Source: an uncultured virus (IMG/VR IMGVR_UViG_3300022858_000986)
Lineage: Duplodnaviria; Heunggongvirae; Uroviricota; Caudoviricetes
Strand: one strand, 5' to 3'
IMG/VR virus record: IMGVR_UViG_3300022858_000986
Length of the DNA stretch: 64,000 bases
Numbering within the stretch: the first letter of the stretch is position 1; each line of letters begins with the position of its first letter. Under the pieces are notes generated by a model. The model had not been told where the DNA came from and did no database searches. It was given only the letters and a program-made list of their open reading frames with translations. Below, piece by piece: positions 53,899 to 64,000 of this stretch. The translations under genes were made by a program, and so were the position numbers.

Positions 53899-54318
53899 TG
53901 GAAAATAGAACAACAACTTCGGTGCCATCTATATTTTGCCACAAGTGTGGTGTAAATTTAAGTAAGGCGACGCAAATTATATACATTGATGAGCTTCCTA
54001 CGTGCCAATGATGTGTGCAAAAATTAAATAATGAAATTTTAAAGAAATAATAAGAAAATATTATAATTTGTCCAATAATTATATAATAGTAGTATAGGAG
54101 TAAAATATGAACATAAACGAAAGATTTAATAAAGAGAGAGCAAAGAAATTATTTGTCGATAATTTGCCCGACAATTCATTTGTTGAGTATTGCCCAAAAT
54201 GTAATTTTCAAATGCATCCCGAAGTTCATTCTTTAAAATTTTGTCCGGCGTGTAAAAGTGGATTGGTTGGAATTGTATTAACGAAAGAAATGAGAATATT
54301 AATTAGCGGAGAATAAGT

Positions 54319-54936
54319 ATGGCCATGACCAAAAGAAAGCCAGTAAGACGTGGTGCCAAACGATTGGCAACCAAACGATGAAACAAAGTTAGAGAGAGTG
54401 CGCATCAAAGAAAAAAAGCACGTGTTCCTGATTATGAATTTATTCACAAAAGAAATATTATTACTGAGGCAAAAGTTGCAAAGACAAAAATTGAAGCTGG
54501 GACAATTGTTAGATTTAATTATAGAGGTATAGATGTACACGAGCCAAGACCTTTAGTTTTAGTTCTTAATCCGAAATGAGAAAGGCATTTGCATGGATTG
54601 GCATTGAGAGTTTTAACAGAAAATGAATTAAACAAATTAGCGAAAATGGTTAAATTAACCTTAGCCAAAAAAGCGTCAAAGTTTTTAAAATTACGATTGA
54701 ACAAATTAAATGTTGATATTAATAAACCATATGACTTTTATCATAAAAAATTAAAACCATTTATAAAGAAGATGGATGATAGCCCATATCGGACATTTTC
54801 GCTCAAAGGGATATCAGCAATTTCCGTGATTGACTATCGCTTCAAGGATATGGACACTAAAGTTTCTAAAAAACTTGCCAAGGGGCACAAACCTGTGAAA
54901 AAATACGAATTTCCAAAAAAGAGTAGGAAGAGGTAG
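54319..54936 (+). CDS. DNA end protector-like protein (T4 gp2-like; 2 TGA=Trp)
   Basis: G.IV.F.Y...PLVLV...HGL.L...YRTF...I. Confidence 0.45.
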
Positions 54937-55146
54937 GAAATATGAAAACATTTTATGATAAGAATGGCAGACATATTCCCAAAGAGTGAAATGAATTTGG
55001 AAAAGAAACACTTGACATTTTAAGGAATATACACGATAAATGAATTGACAAGGGATATAGTCCGGAAGAAATTGCCAAGGAAATTGGCAGACTTAATGCC
55101 TTAGTAAGGTATGAGCTTCCGTGACGAATAAAAAATAAGGATATAT

Positions 55147-55623
55147 ATGAAGGATAAATTAAAGATACATGTTAGTAATAAAAGTAGCGAATGGGAAACG
55201 CCAAAAGAATTTTTTGACAAATACAATAATAAATTCAATTTTGACATTGATGTGGCCGCTACTGATGAAAATCATTTAGTTGAAACATATTGGACTGCTA
55301 AAGATGATGCCTTGACAAAAGATTGGAAAGGTAAAGTGTGCTGGATGAATCCACCATACGGTAGAGGAATAGGTAAATTTATCAAAAAGGCGTACGAAGA
55401 AAGTTTAAGGGGAGCAACCGTTGTATGCTTAATACCAAGTAGAACTGACACATCGTGGTGGCATGATTATGTAATGAAAGGTGATATTGAATTTATTCGT
55501 GGAAGATTAAAATTTATAAACAGAACATTCCCAAGTTGGAGAGCTGATGGCAATTTCAAGATAAGTTCGGCACCGTTTCCAAGCGCAGTAGTAATTTTTA
55601 ATAGTAATATTAATGTTGCATAA
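55147..55623 (+). CDS. phage N6-adenine DNA methyltransferase
   Basis: WETP, DVAA, DAL..DW, WMNPPY, LIPSRTDT.WW, GRLKF, APFPS. Confidence 0.9.
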   Translation: MKDKLKIHVSNKSSEWETPKEFFDKYNNKFNFDIDVAATDENHLVETYWTAKDDALTKDWKGKVCWMNPPYGRGIGKFIKKAYEESLRGATVVCLIPSRTDTSWWHDYVMKGDIEFIRGRLKFINRTFPSWRADGNFKISSAPFPSAVVIFNSNINVA

Positions 55624-56185
55624 TAAGGATATATATGAAGGATAATTTTAAGATTTTTAATACATCACCGAAAATTATTGCAAAAATAGAAATGGAAAGT
55701 GATAAATTATTTAATATTGAAATGAGTGTGAAGGATGAGTTATCTCATATTGCAATCATGAAATTAAGAGAATTCTTAAAAGACACAAATAAGTTTGTTG
55801 GAACATCACATGTTGTTACCGTTTATAACATGACTGGCAAGAAGATTGACCAAACAACATTATATATTATATAGAGGTATATTATGAAAGAAAATAAGTG
55901 TGGAGTTTTTATTCGTAAAATTAAATTTGTACGAGCAGAACAGGTTGCTGTTGATTGAGAGGAATACATAGACAGACATGATGAAAAATTTATTGGTTTA
56001 AGAAATGATTTTAAGCTTTACGATGAAGACGGCAATATATACTATATAAATAAACATGAGTTTTTAATTAATTATGCACCATTTGACGAACTTGCCTGAA
56101 AGATTGTAAATGATTGAAAAGACAAGCAATCAAAAGAAAAAGAAAAAATTTTAGAAACAAAATAAATAAAAATTAGGAAGGTTAT

Positions 56186-56860
56186 ATGGTTACGGTATCT
56201 TACGCTATACTTGTAAATGACGAATATGAAGAAATACAAAAATTAGTGCAATTTCTATTTGGAAATTGGAAGGCTGGTGATGAAATTGTTATTGTCCAAG
56301 ATTACAAAGGTTCGGCAGATGAACAAACCGAAAATGGACAATTGGTATCGGAATACTTACGTCGCCTTACAATTCGTAATAATTTTACATTTTTTCAGCA
56401 CCCACTCGACCACGACTTTTCCCAACAAAAAAATTACCTAAACTCAAAATGTACAAAAGATTACATATTTAATATTGATGCAGATGAAATGCTTACAGAA
56501 GATTTAATGGCAAATTTACATGCGATTATAGAAATGAATCCTGATTCAGATATATTTGGCGTGCCGAGAGTTAATGGAGTCGAAGATATTACCCAAGAAC
56601 ACATTGATAAATGGGGATGGAGAGTTGATGAAAATGGAAAAATTAATTGGCCAGATTTTCAATTTCGTATATATAAAAATAATAATATAATTAAATGGGA
56701 ACGTCCCGTACATGAATATTTGACTGGATATAAAAAGTTTGGAACATTGCCTGAGGATGTTGGTTTAGCTTTACAGCATTATAAAAAAATCGCAAAACAA
56801 GAAAAACAGAATGAATTATATCAAAACATTATTAAAGAAAAAAATGTTGATAAAAAATAA
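56186..56860 (+). CDS. GT2-family glycosyltransferase
   Basis: DFS.QKN, IFNIDADE, PRVN, WPD.Q.R, W...VHE. Confidence 0.85.
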   Translation: MVTVSYAILVNDEYEEIQKLVQFLFGNWKAGDEIVIVQDYKGSADEQTENGQLVSEYLRRLTIRNNFTFFQHPLDHDFSQQKNYLNSKCTKDYIFNIDADEMLTEDLMANLHAIIEMNPDSDIFGVPRVNGVEDITQEHIDKWGWRVDENGKINWPDFQFRIYKNNNIIKWERPVHEYLTGYKKFGTLPEDVGLALQHYKKIAKQEKQNELYQNIIKEKNVDKK

Positions 56861-56875
56861 AAAATAGGAGATTTT

Positions 56876-57271
56876 ATGACCGAAGCAGTAGAAAATGAAT
56901 GCAGAGAGATTGTTAGACCAACAACAATTTTTTGCGACGTTGACGGAACATTACTTAAACATGAGGGCCCAATGATGGGGATTGCAACAAAAGACGCAAA
57001 GACAATAATTTTACCAGGCGTAAGAGCAAAACTTGAAGAATGGGACTTAAAGGGCTATAATTTAATTTTAACAACAGGAAGGCGAGAAAGTGCGAGAGTA
57101 GCAACTGAAAGACAATTGGCAAGAATTGGAATAGCATATGATCAATTGGTTATGGGCATTAGTGGCGGCGAGCGTTACGTAATTAATGATACAAAACCAG
57201 ACTCCGACGATCCAACATGTTTTGGAATAACAGTAAAAAGAAATAAGGGAATAGAAGGCGTAAGCGTATAG
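56876..57271 (+). CDS. HAD-superfamily phosphatase
   Basis: FCDVDGTL, LTTGR, YDQLVMG, IND. Confidence 0.8.
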   Translation: MTEAVENECREIVRPTTIFCDVDGTLLKHEGPMMGIATKDAKTIILPGVRAKLEEWDLKGYNLILTTGRRESARVATERQLARIGIAYDQLVMGISGGERYVINDTKPDSDDPTCFGITVKRNKGIEGVSV

Positions 57272-57280
57272 GTTATAATA

Positions 57281-58162
57281 ATGAGTTTTTATATAAATGC
57301 ACGATTTATGGGAACAAAGGATTTTTATTTAGATATAAATAATAAAGAAACAGAATGACCATTTGGTGATGAAAAATTAAATGACTACCCAATTTCATTA
57401 TTTGTTGATTACATTCCAAGCCCAGAAGAACTTGCGACAAACCCGCACAATATATTAATGATTATGGAGCCAAATGAATATTTCGGATTACATACTTTTG
57501 CTGAAAATAATGCGTCATATTTTACATGTATTTTGACATGAGGCCAACATATTTTGGATAATTGTGAAAATGCAGTTTTTATGCCTCATGGACTGAGTTG
57601 ATTAAAAATGCCATACATAGATAATTTCCAAAATATTAAGAAAAAATATGAAGTATCTTTTTTGTGCGGTGCTTTAAAAAAAATAGAAGGTCATTTTATT
57701 AGACATAAATTATATAAACGTGGTGATGAAATAACAATGCCTAAAAAATGATTTTATACATTGCCTGATTACAAAGAAGTAAATGGCAAATATAGAAGGA
57801 CAGAACTGAATGCAAAAAAAGTTTGTTGAGACGAGAGTATGTTCCATATTGCTATTGAGAATATAAAACGTGACAATTTTTATACAGAAAAAATCTTAGA
57901 TGCCTTCCTAACAAAAACAATACCAATATATTACGGCTGTCCCAATATCGGTGAATTTTTCAATTCTGATGGCATAATAACATTTGATAATGAAACTCAA
58001 GCAATTGACATTTGCAACTCACTTACAGAGGATGATTATTATAAAAGAGTGAATGCGATTAATGAAAACTATAAAATTGCAAAAAGTAAATTTTATTGAA
58101 GAGGTATGGTTCAAGATTGACTTTGAGATTTTATAAAAATAAACGAAATAGGGAGTAAATAA
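57281..58162 (+). CDS. GT10 fucosyltransferase-like protein (multiple TGA=Trp)
   Basis: MFHIAIEN....FYTEKI.D.F...TIPIYYG; read-through ends at TAATG coupled to fcl. Confidence 0.8.
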
Positions 58163-59097
58163 TGATAAGTTTTTATTACGATAGCATCCTTTGCACTGGC
58201 GGGTCTGGTTTAGTAGGACAATATTTACAACAAAGATTAAAGCCACAATTTTTACCAAACATACATTACATTTCAAGTAAAGATTATGATTTATGTAATA
58301 TGGACGACGTTAAAAAAATGATGGATAAGTACAAACCAAAAGTCGTAATTCATCTGGCGGCGAGGGTTGGTGGCATTGTTGAGAACATTAAATATCCAGT
58401 AGATTTTTACGAACAAAATATTTTAATGAATACGAATGTATTGCAACAATGTCACGAGCATAACGTTGAAAAAGTTATTGGAATAATTAGCACATGTGCT
58501 TATCCAGATGTAGTAGAAAAATATCCAATGGTTGAAGATGACCTTTTTAACGGCAGACCACCTGAAACAAATTTTTCTTATGCGTTTGCGAAGCGAGCAA
58601 TGGCGGCACAAATTGACGCTTATGTAAAACAATATAATAAAAAATGGTGTTATCTAATACCGTGCAATTTATATGGCGAATTTGACAAATTCGATCCAGA
58701 AAGAAGTCATTTTGTTTCTGCATTACTTCAGAAAATTATGGATGCTGATGATAAGATACAACTATTTGGAACTGGGAAACCATTAAGGCAATTTATGTAT
58801 GCTGATGATTTGGCGAAGTTAATTGTATTAATGCTAAATGCAGATATAGTCCAAAACTTTAACGTAGCAACAGACGAAATATATAGTATTAAAGAAATAG
58901 CCGAGATTGCTTTGAACGCCTTAGACGAAGATTTGAAAATTGAATTTGATGAAACAAAACCTAATGGGCAATATAGAAAAGACGTGAGTTGTAAAAAATT
59001 ATTAAGCCATTTCCCACACTTTGGATTTACGCCTTTAAGTGCCGGAATAGAAAAGGTGTACAACGCAATGATGATACAGAAAAATAACGGACAGTAG
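58162..59097 (+). CDS. fcl: GDP-L-fucose synthase-like epimerase/reductase
   Basis: TGGSGLVG, HLAARVGGI, STCAYP, YAFAKR, PCNLYG, GTGKPLRQF. Confidence 0.9.
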   Translation: MISFYYDSILCTGGSGLVGQYLQQRLKPQFLPNIHYISSKDYDLCNMDDVKKMMDKYKPKVVIHLAARVGGIVENIKYPVDFYEQNILMNTNVLQQCHEHNVEKVIGIISTCAYPDVVEKYPMVEDDLFNGRPPETNFSYAFAKRAMAAQIDAYVKQYNKKWCYLIPCNLYGEFDKFDPERSHFVSALLQKIMDADDKIQLFGTGKPLRQFMYADDLAKLIVLMLNADIVQNFNVATDEIYSIKEIAEIALNALDEDLKIEFDETKPNGQYRKDVSCKKLLSHFPHFGFTPLSAGIEKVYNAMMIQKNNGQ

Positions 59098-60493
59098 AAA
59101 GATAGAAAGATAGAAAAGGAGATACAAAATGTATTTGAAAATTAGGCAAAGAGAGAAAGACGACAATAATGGGAAAGTGGAGTCCTGATACATTATTGGA
59201 GACGTAAAGGAAGTATCATATAAATGAGTTAAATTTGAAAAGTTTCCTCATAAAATGTATGAAGGGTGTAGATTAATATTAACGGGAAGTGAAAATGATT
59301 TAAAGTATGTTAGACGATTACTTATTTTTCATGATATAGGTAAGATGTCAGGAGACCATTGTGAAGAAATTTATTGCGATGATGATGTTTATCTTTGTAA
59401 TGAAAATGGTAAAACAATAGAACATATATAGGAAATAGATTATCTACTGTCTGTTATTATATAAAAGGAAAATATTAAAATGAGCTGTAAATGCCAAGAA
59501 TGTGGAAAGCAATACAAAGTAGATATTATTGTTCCTGATGAAATATGGGAAAAAATAAAACCAAAAAATAAACCAGAAGGTGTCGGACTACTTTGCGGTA
59601 AATGTATAATGTTGAAAATAGAAGAAATGAATAAATATGATTATTGATATTTAACCAAAAAGGAGAATTAAAATGAAAAATAAGTTTAAATTAAGTGCAG
59701 GCAGTATGGTAAAGATAAGCGGAATACCATTTGCATTAACGAGCGATGTAATAGTAGAGACGGCAACACCTGGCGAAATGTATCGTTATCATAACGACGG
59801 CCGTTGCCTGTATAATGTTGGGTTTGCATCGCCTGATGAAGACGGTACGTTTATACAAGTTAAAAATATACAAGATATAGACGATAAATAAGGAGAATTA
59901 AAATGAGTGATGTAACGGCATTTAGGGGTGGTCACATCAATAAAGGTGGAACAAATGATGTTTCAAAAACCGATAAACAAAAAATTAAACCACCGGCACA
60001 AAAAGCAAAAGAAGCCAAAATTATTATTGGCGAAGATAGATGTTGCAAGGCATCACACGAAGAAATATGCGATGGAGCGTTAGAACATTATGAAGAACTA
60101 TCTGCAAAATGCCATGATTGGTTAAGTACTATTCCACAAGCAATTAAGTTTTATAAGAAATATGGTGGGCCAATAAGAGACGAGGAAAAATTGTCTGATG
60201 GCAATCCTATTAAGATGGTGGAGGTCACAACAAAAGATGGCTTGAAATTTGATTTAGGTGAGGTCGCACAGAAATATCCGGAAATCATACGTGACGAAAT
60301 CGATAGAGAGATAGTAATGGATATTAAAAATTCAGTCCATTCAAATGATGAAAACCATATGACGTGGAATGGTCGTAATTATGATGATTGTAGAAAGTTT
60401 ATTGGAAAATGTGGATATTTTTATGGCTATGTTGGTAGGGGTTTTGAAAAAATTTTTGGTTGGTTAATACATCACAAATGCAAGGAGTAAATT

Positions 60494-62632
60494 ATGAAGA
60501 AGAAGGCACTTTTGACAGGAATATCAGGACAAGATGGAAGTTTTTTGGCAGAATTCTTATTAGAAAAAGATTACGAAGTTTACGGAATTGTAAGACGTAG
60601 TTCTGTAGCGGAAAATCAAACGTCAAGGCTTATAAATATTTGAGATAAGATTAAAGATAATTTATTCTATGCAGACATTACAGATTTCGCATCTTTGCTT
60701 AGAGTTATAAACATTGTAAAGCCAGATGAAATTTATAATTTGGCGGCCCAATCACATGTGAGAATATCATTTGATGAACCAATTTATACAACTGAAACAA
60801 TTGTTCAAGGAACTCTTAATCTATTAGAAATAATACGATTAGAACACCCGCACATAAAACTATATAATGCCTCTAGTTGTTTGCCAGCAGGAACTACAAT
60901 TATAGTCAAAAAAGAAATTCAAAGAACAAGAGACAACAAAAAACAAAGCTTTTTGCAAGGCGGAAGTGTAAATAAAATAGAAAACATAATTGTTGGAGAT
61001 GAAATATTATCTTTTAATGAAAAAACTTCGAAAAAAGAATATAAAAAAGTTAAAGCAATTGGCAATAGAATTGCGAATAATATGTTTACTTTAAAGTTGT
61101 CTAATAGAAATGAATTGCGGCTTTCTGGGAATCATCCAGTTTTTGTTGTAGATAAAGGATGAGTTAGAACAGATAGTTTAAAAATAGAAGACAAGGTACT
61201 TCAGTATATATATCCCGGACTTAGAGGCAGGATTACAAAGGGGCTAACTAATATTGAATTATATGGGGAAAAAAGAGCCAAGGAAATACATAAAAAAAAT
61301 TCTGAATCACAAAAAAATAGAACCTTTGTCCACCCATGAAAAGGGAAAACATTAAATGAAGTATATAAAAATAATAAGAAAAAATTAAAACAAATACGTC
61401 ACATTTTTAGCGTAAGTAAAATAGGAATCGCCCCCTGAAATAGTGATATTAAAAATAGCAAAAATAAAAAACATATTATGGCTTGAGAAAAAGCTAAAAA
61501 AAATATTGGCAAGAGCAATAAAAAATTATGAGAAAATAAAGAATGGGCAGAAAAACAATTTAATAAGCTTATGATTAGAACGAGAAAGAACACTTGGTTG
61601 CCTAATAAAAGTGAGATTAAATTTCAAGAATTTTTAGAAGAAATATGTCCAGGCGAATTTAAATATAATAGTTTTGAAAATGAAGACTTTTTGACTATAG
61701 AGAGAAAAATACCTGATTTCATTAATATTAATAATAAGAAAAAACTTATTGAATATAATGGAGATTATTGGCACAATTTAGATGGCAGAAGAGAAAATGA
61801 TAAAAAAAGAATACAATTATTTAAAAGTATAGGATATGATGTATTAGAAATATTTGAGTCTGAATTTAAAAAAGATAAAAATAAAGTTGAAAATAAAGTA
61901 AAAACATTTTTATATAATCCACAAGTAGAAATAATAGAAATAATTGAAATTTTAAAACACGATTATTCGGAAAAAGTCTACGATATTCAAGTTGAAGATA
62001 ATCATAATTTTTTCGCTTATGGAGTATTAGTTCATAATAGTGAAATGTTTGGCAACAATATTGATGCTGATGGATTCCAAAGAGAAACAACGCCAATGAA
62101 CCCAGTAAGTCCTTACGGGTGCGCCAAAACTTATTCGTACAATATAGTTAGGAATTATAGACATTCTTATGGTTTATTTTTAAGTAACGGAATATTATTC
62201 AACCATGAATCGACAAGGCGTGGCTTAAATTTTGTTACAAATAAAGTAGTTAAAGCGGCAGTAGAAATTATATTAAATAAACGTGATACTTTGCCGTTAG
62301 GCAATTTAGATGCGGCAAGAGATTGGGGCCATGCCAAAGATTATGTCAAAGCAATGTGAATGATGTTGCAACACGACAAGCCAGATGATTTTGTTTGTGC
62401 AACGGGAACTTCTCATACAGTTAGAGAATTAGTTGAATATGTATTTAAGAGTCTTGGCACAGATTATAAAAAATATGTTACAATAGATGAAAGATATTAC
62501 AGACCAGAAGAACTTAACGTATTGAAAGGTGATTCAACAAAAATACAGAGAGAGCTTGGTTGGAAACGAGATTATAATTTTACAACAATGCTAGATGAAA
62601 TGGTGAGATATTGGCTAGAAAAATTAGGATAG
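60494..62632 (+). CDS. gmd: GDP-mannose 4,6-dehydratase with intein (7 TGA=Trp)
   Basis: [56 protein letters not shown]. Confidence 0.92.
60878..62038 (+). mobile_element. intein (387 aa) with Vsr/DUF559-like endonuclease
   Basis: ASS|CLPAGT...SGNHP...PDF...IEYNGDYWH...[22 protein letters not shown]. Confidence 0.9.
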
Positions 62633-62641
62633 GAGAATAGG

Positions 62642-64000
62642 ATGGGTTTTAATAATGAAAAAGAACAACAAAAAATATTAAAGATGATACAAAAATATTT
62701 TGATAAAAAAGAAAAAACAAAGACATGAGAGGCAGGCAAAGATTGAGTACATTATGCTGGGCCTAAATTTGATGCTGGTGAATATAAAGCGGCGATACAA
62801 GTATTACTTGATGAATGGTTAATTTTAGGCAAAAAAGGAAGAGAGTTCGAAGCGAATTTTGCAGAGAAACTTGGCTGTAAATACGGAATTATGACAAATA
62901 GTGGTTCAAGTGCTAATTTACTTATGATGGCATCCTTAGCATTAGGCAAAAATAGACTGCCCAAAGGTTCAAAAATAATTACGCCAGTATCAGGGTTTTC
63001 AACAACAGTGGCGCCAATAATACAAATGGGCTTTAGACCAGTTTTTGTTGATGTTGAACTTAAGACAATGAATATTGACTTAGACAAATTAGAAGATTTT
63101 CTAATCCAAGAACGCAAAACGGCACCTCAGCACGAATGGAGCAAAGCATTAGTATTCGCACATGTATTGGGAAATCCACCTGATATGAGTAGGGTTATGA
63201 AGATTGTTAAGGATTATGATTTAATGTTACTTGAAGATTGTTGTGACGCACTTGGTTCAATTTATAAAAATAAGAAATTAGGTTCGCTTGGCAAAATGGC
63301 AACATGTTCATTTTTCCCTGCTCATCATATGACTTGTGGCGAGGGCGGTTTCGTTGCAACAAATGATAAAAAATTATATGACAAATTAAGAAGCCTAAGA
63401 GATTGAGGTCGAGGTTGTAGTTGTGTCGGCAAAGAAGAAAATGTTTCAAGTAATGGTGCGTGCGGCAAAAGATTTAGTAATTGATTGCCAAATATGCCAG
63501 ATCTTGTATTTGATCACAAATATATATTTAGTAATATTGGGTTCAACTTACGCCCAACAGAAATGCAAGCCGCAATGGCGAATGAGCAAATGAAAAAATT
63601 AAGTAGTTTTCATGCTGATAGGAGATTAAGGTATTCGGTACTTAAACAAAAGTTTGAAAAATATTCTGACAAGTTCCATGTTGTTACAGCAACGAAACAT
63701 GCGTGAGTATCTTGGTTTGCCTTTCCAGTAATTATTAAAGATGATGCTGGATTTAGTAGAGAAGATTTGATTAATTTCTTTGAAAAAAAGAAGATACAAA
63801 CGAGACCTTATTTCGCAGGTAATATTTTACACCAACCAGGATATACATTTTTGACTAAGCAAGAAAAAAATAAGGTTGAGAACTTTCCGAATGCAAACAA
63901 AATATTAAGGGATGCATTCTTTCTTGGCGTAAGCCCTGTAATAAGTTTTGAACAGATTGAATACATTGGCAAAATACTTGATAACTTTATGGAAAAAAGA
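62642..64000 (+). CDS. RfbH/E1-like PLP-dependent sugar 3-dehydrase (DegT family), runs off window (TGA=Trp)
   Basis: NSGSSANL, HVLGNP, EDCCDALGS, FFPAHHMTCGEGG, LRD*GRGCSC...CGKRF, HKY. Confidence 0.85.

Noticed and set aside
38337..63406. TGA as Gly (code 25) or selenocysteine
   Set aside because: Conserved columns and the internal duplication indicate Trp
239..63449. Most minus-strand ORFs in the track
   Set aside because: Phe/Leu/Ser/Ile-rich shadows of plus-strand genes, with no recognisable motifs
47491..64000. Fragmented sugar genes as pseudogenes or sequencing errors
   Set aside because: All breaks checked are in-frame TGA, many at Trp positions, with no frameshifts or TAA/TAG

Overview
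AT-rich, almost entirely plus-strand window of a large, probably jumbo or T4-like, bacteriophage genome with sigma70-type promoters and strong Shine-Dalgarno sites. Many genes are intact only if TGA is read as Trp, while other genes use TGG only and some appear to stop at TGA, so recoding looks gene-specific. Translation and RNA content: tRNA-Gly inside a split tRNA-Gly, tmRNA with a group I intron, L7/L12, YqeY, and an RNA-repair set (Rnl2, RtcB, DUF2828/TROVE-like, HAD_SAK, cREC, KTSC). Other content: DnaE with a mini-intein, a DinG-like helicase, two free-standing zinc-finger PD-(D/E)XK endonucleases, MetK, Hpt, NADAR, two adenine methyltransferases, a histidine kinase and receiver, and a glycosylation cluster (2 GT4, GT2, GT10, fcl, gmd with intein, rfbH-like). 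Most unusual signals: a [YF][TSD]I[YF]G peptide motif shared by 11 mostly unrelated small ORFs, a ~380-nt structured RNA closed by a tRNA-Gly-like acceptor stem with UCCA, CAGCAAA stem RNAs upstream of the TROVE-like gene, and a tRNA-replacing endonuclease element. All family calls come from motif recognition by eye, with no database searches.
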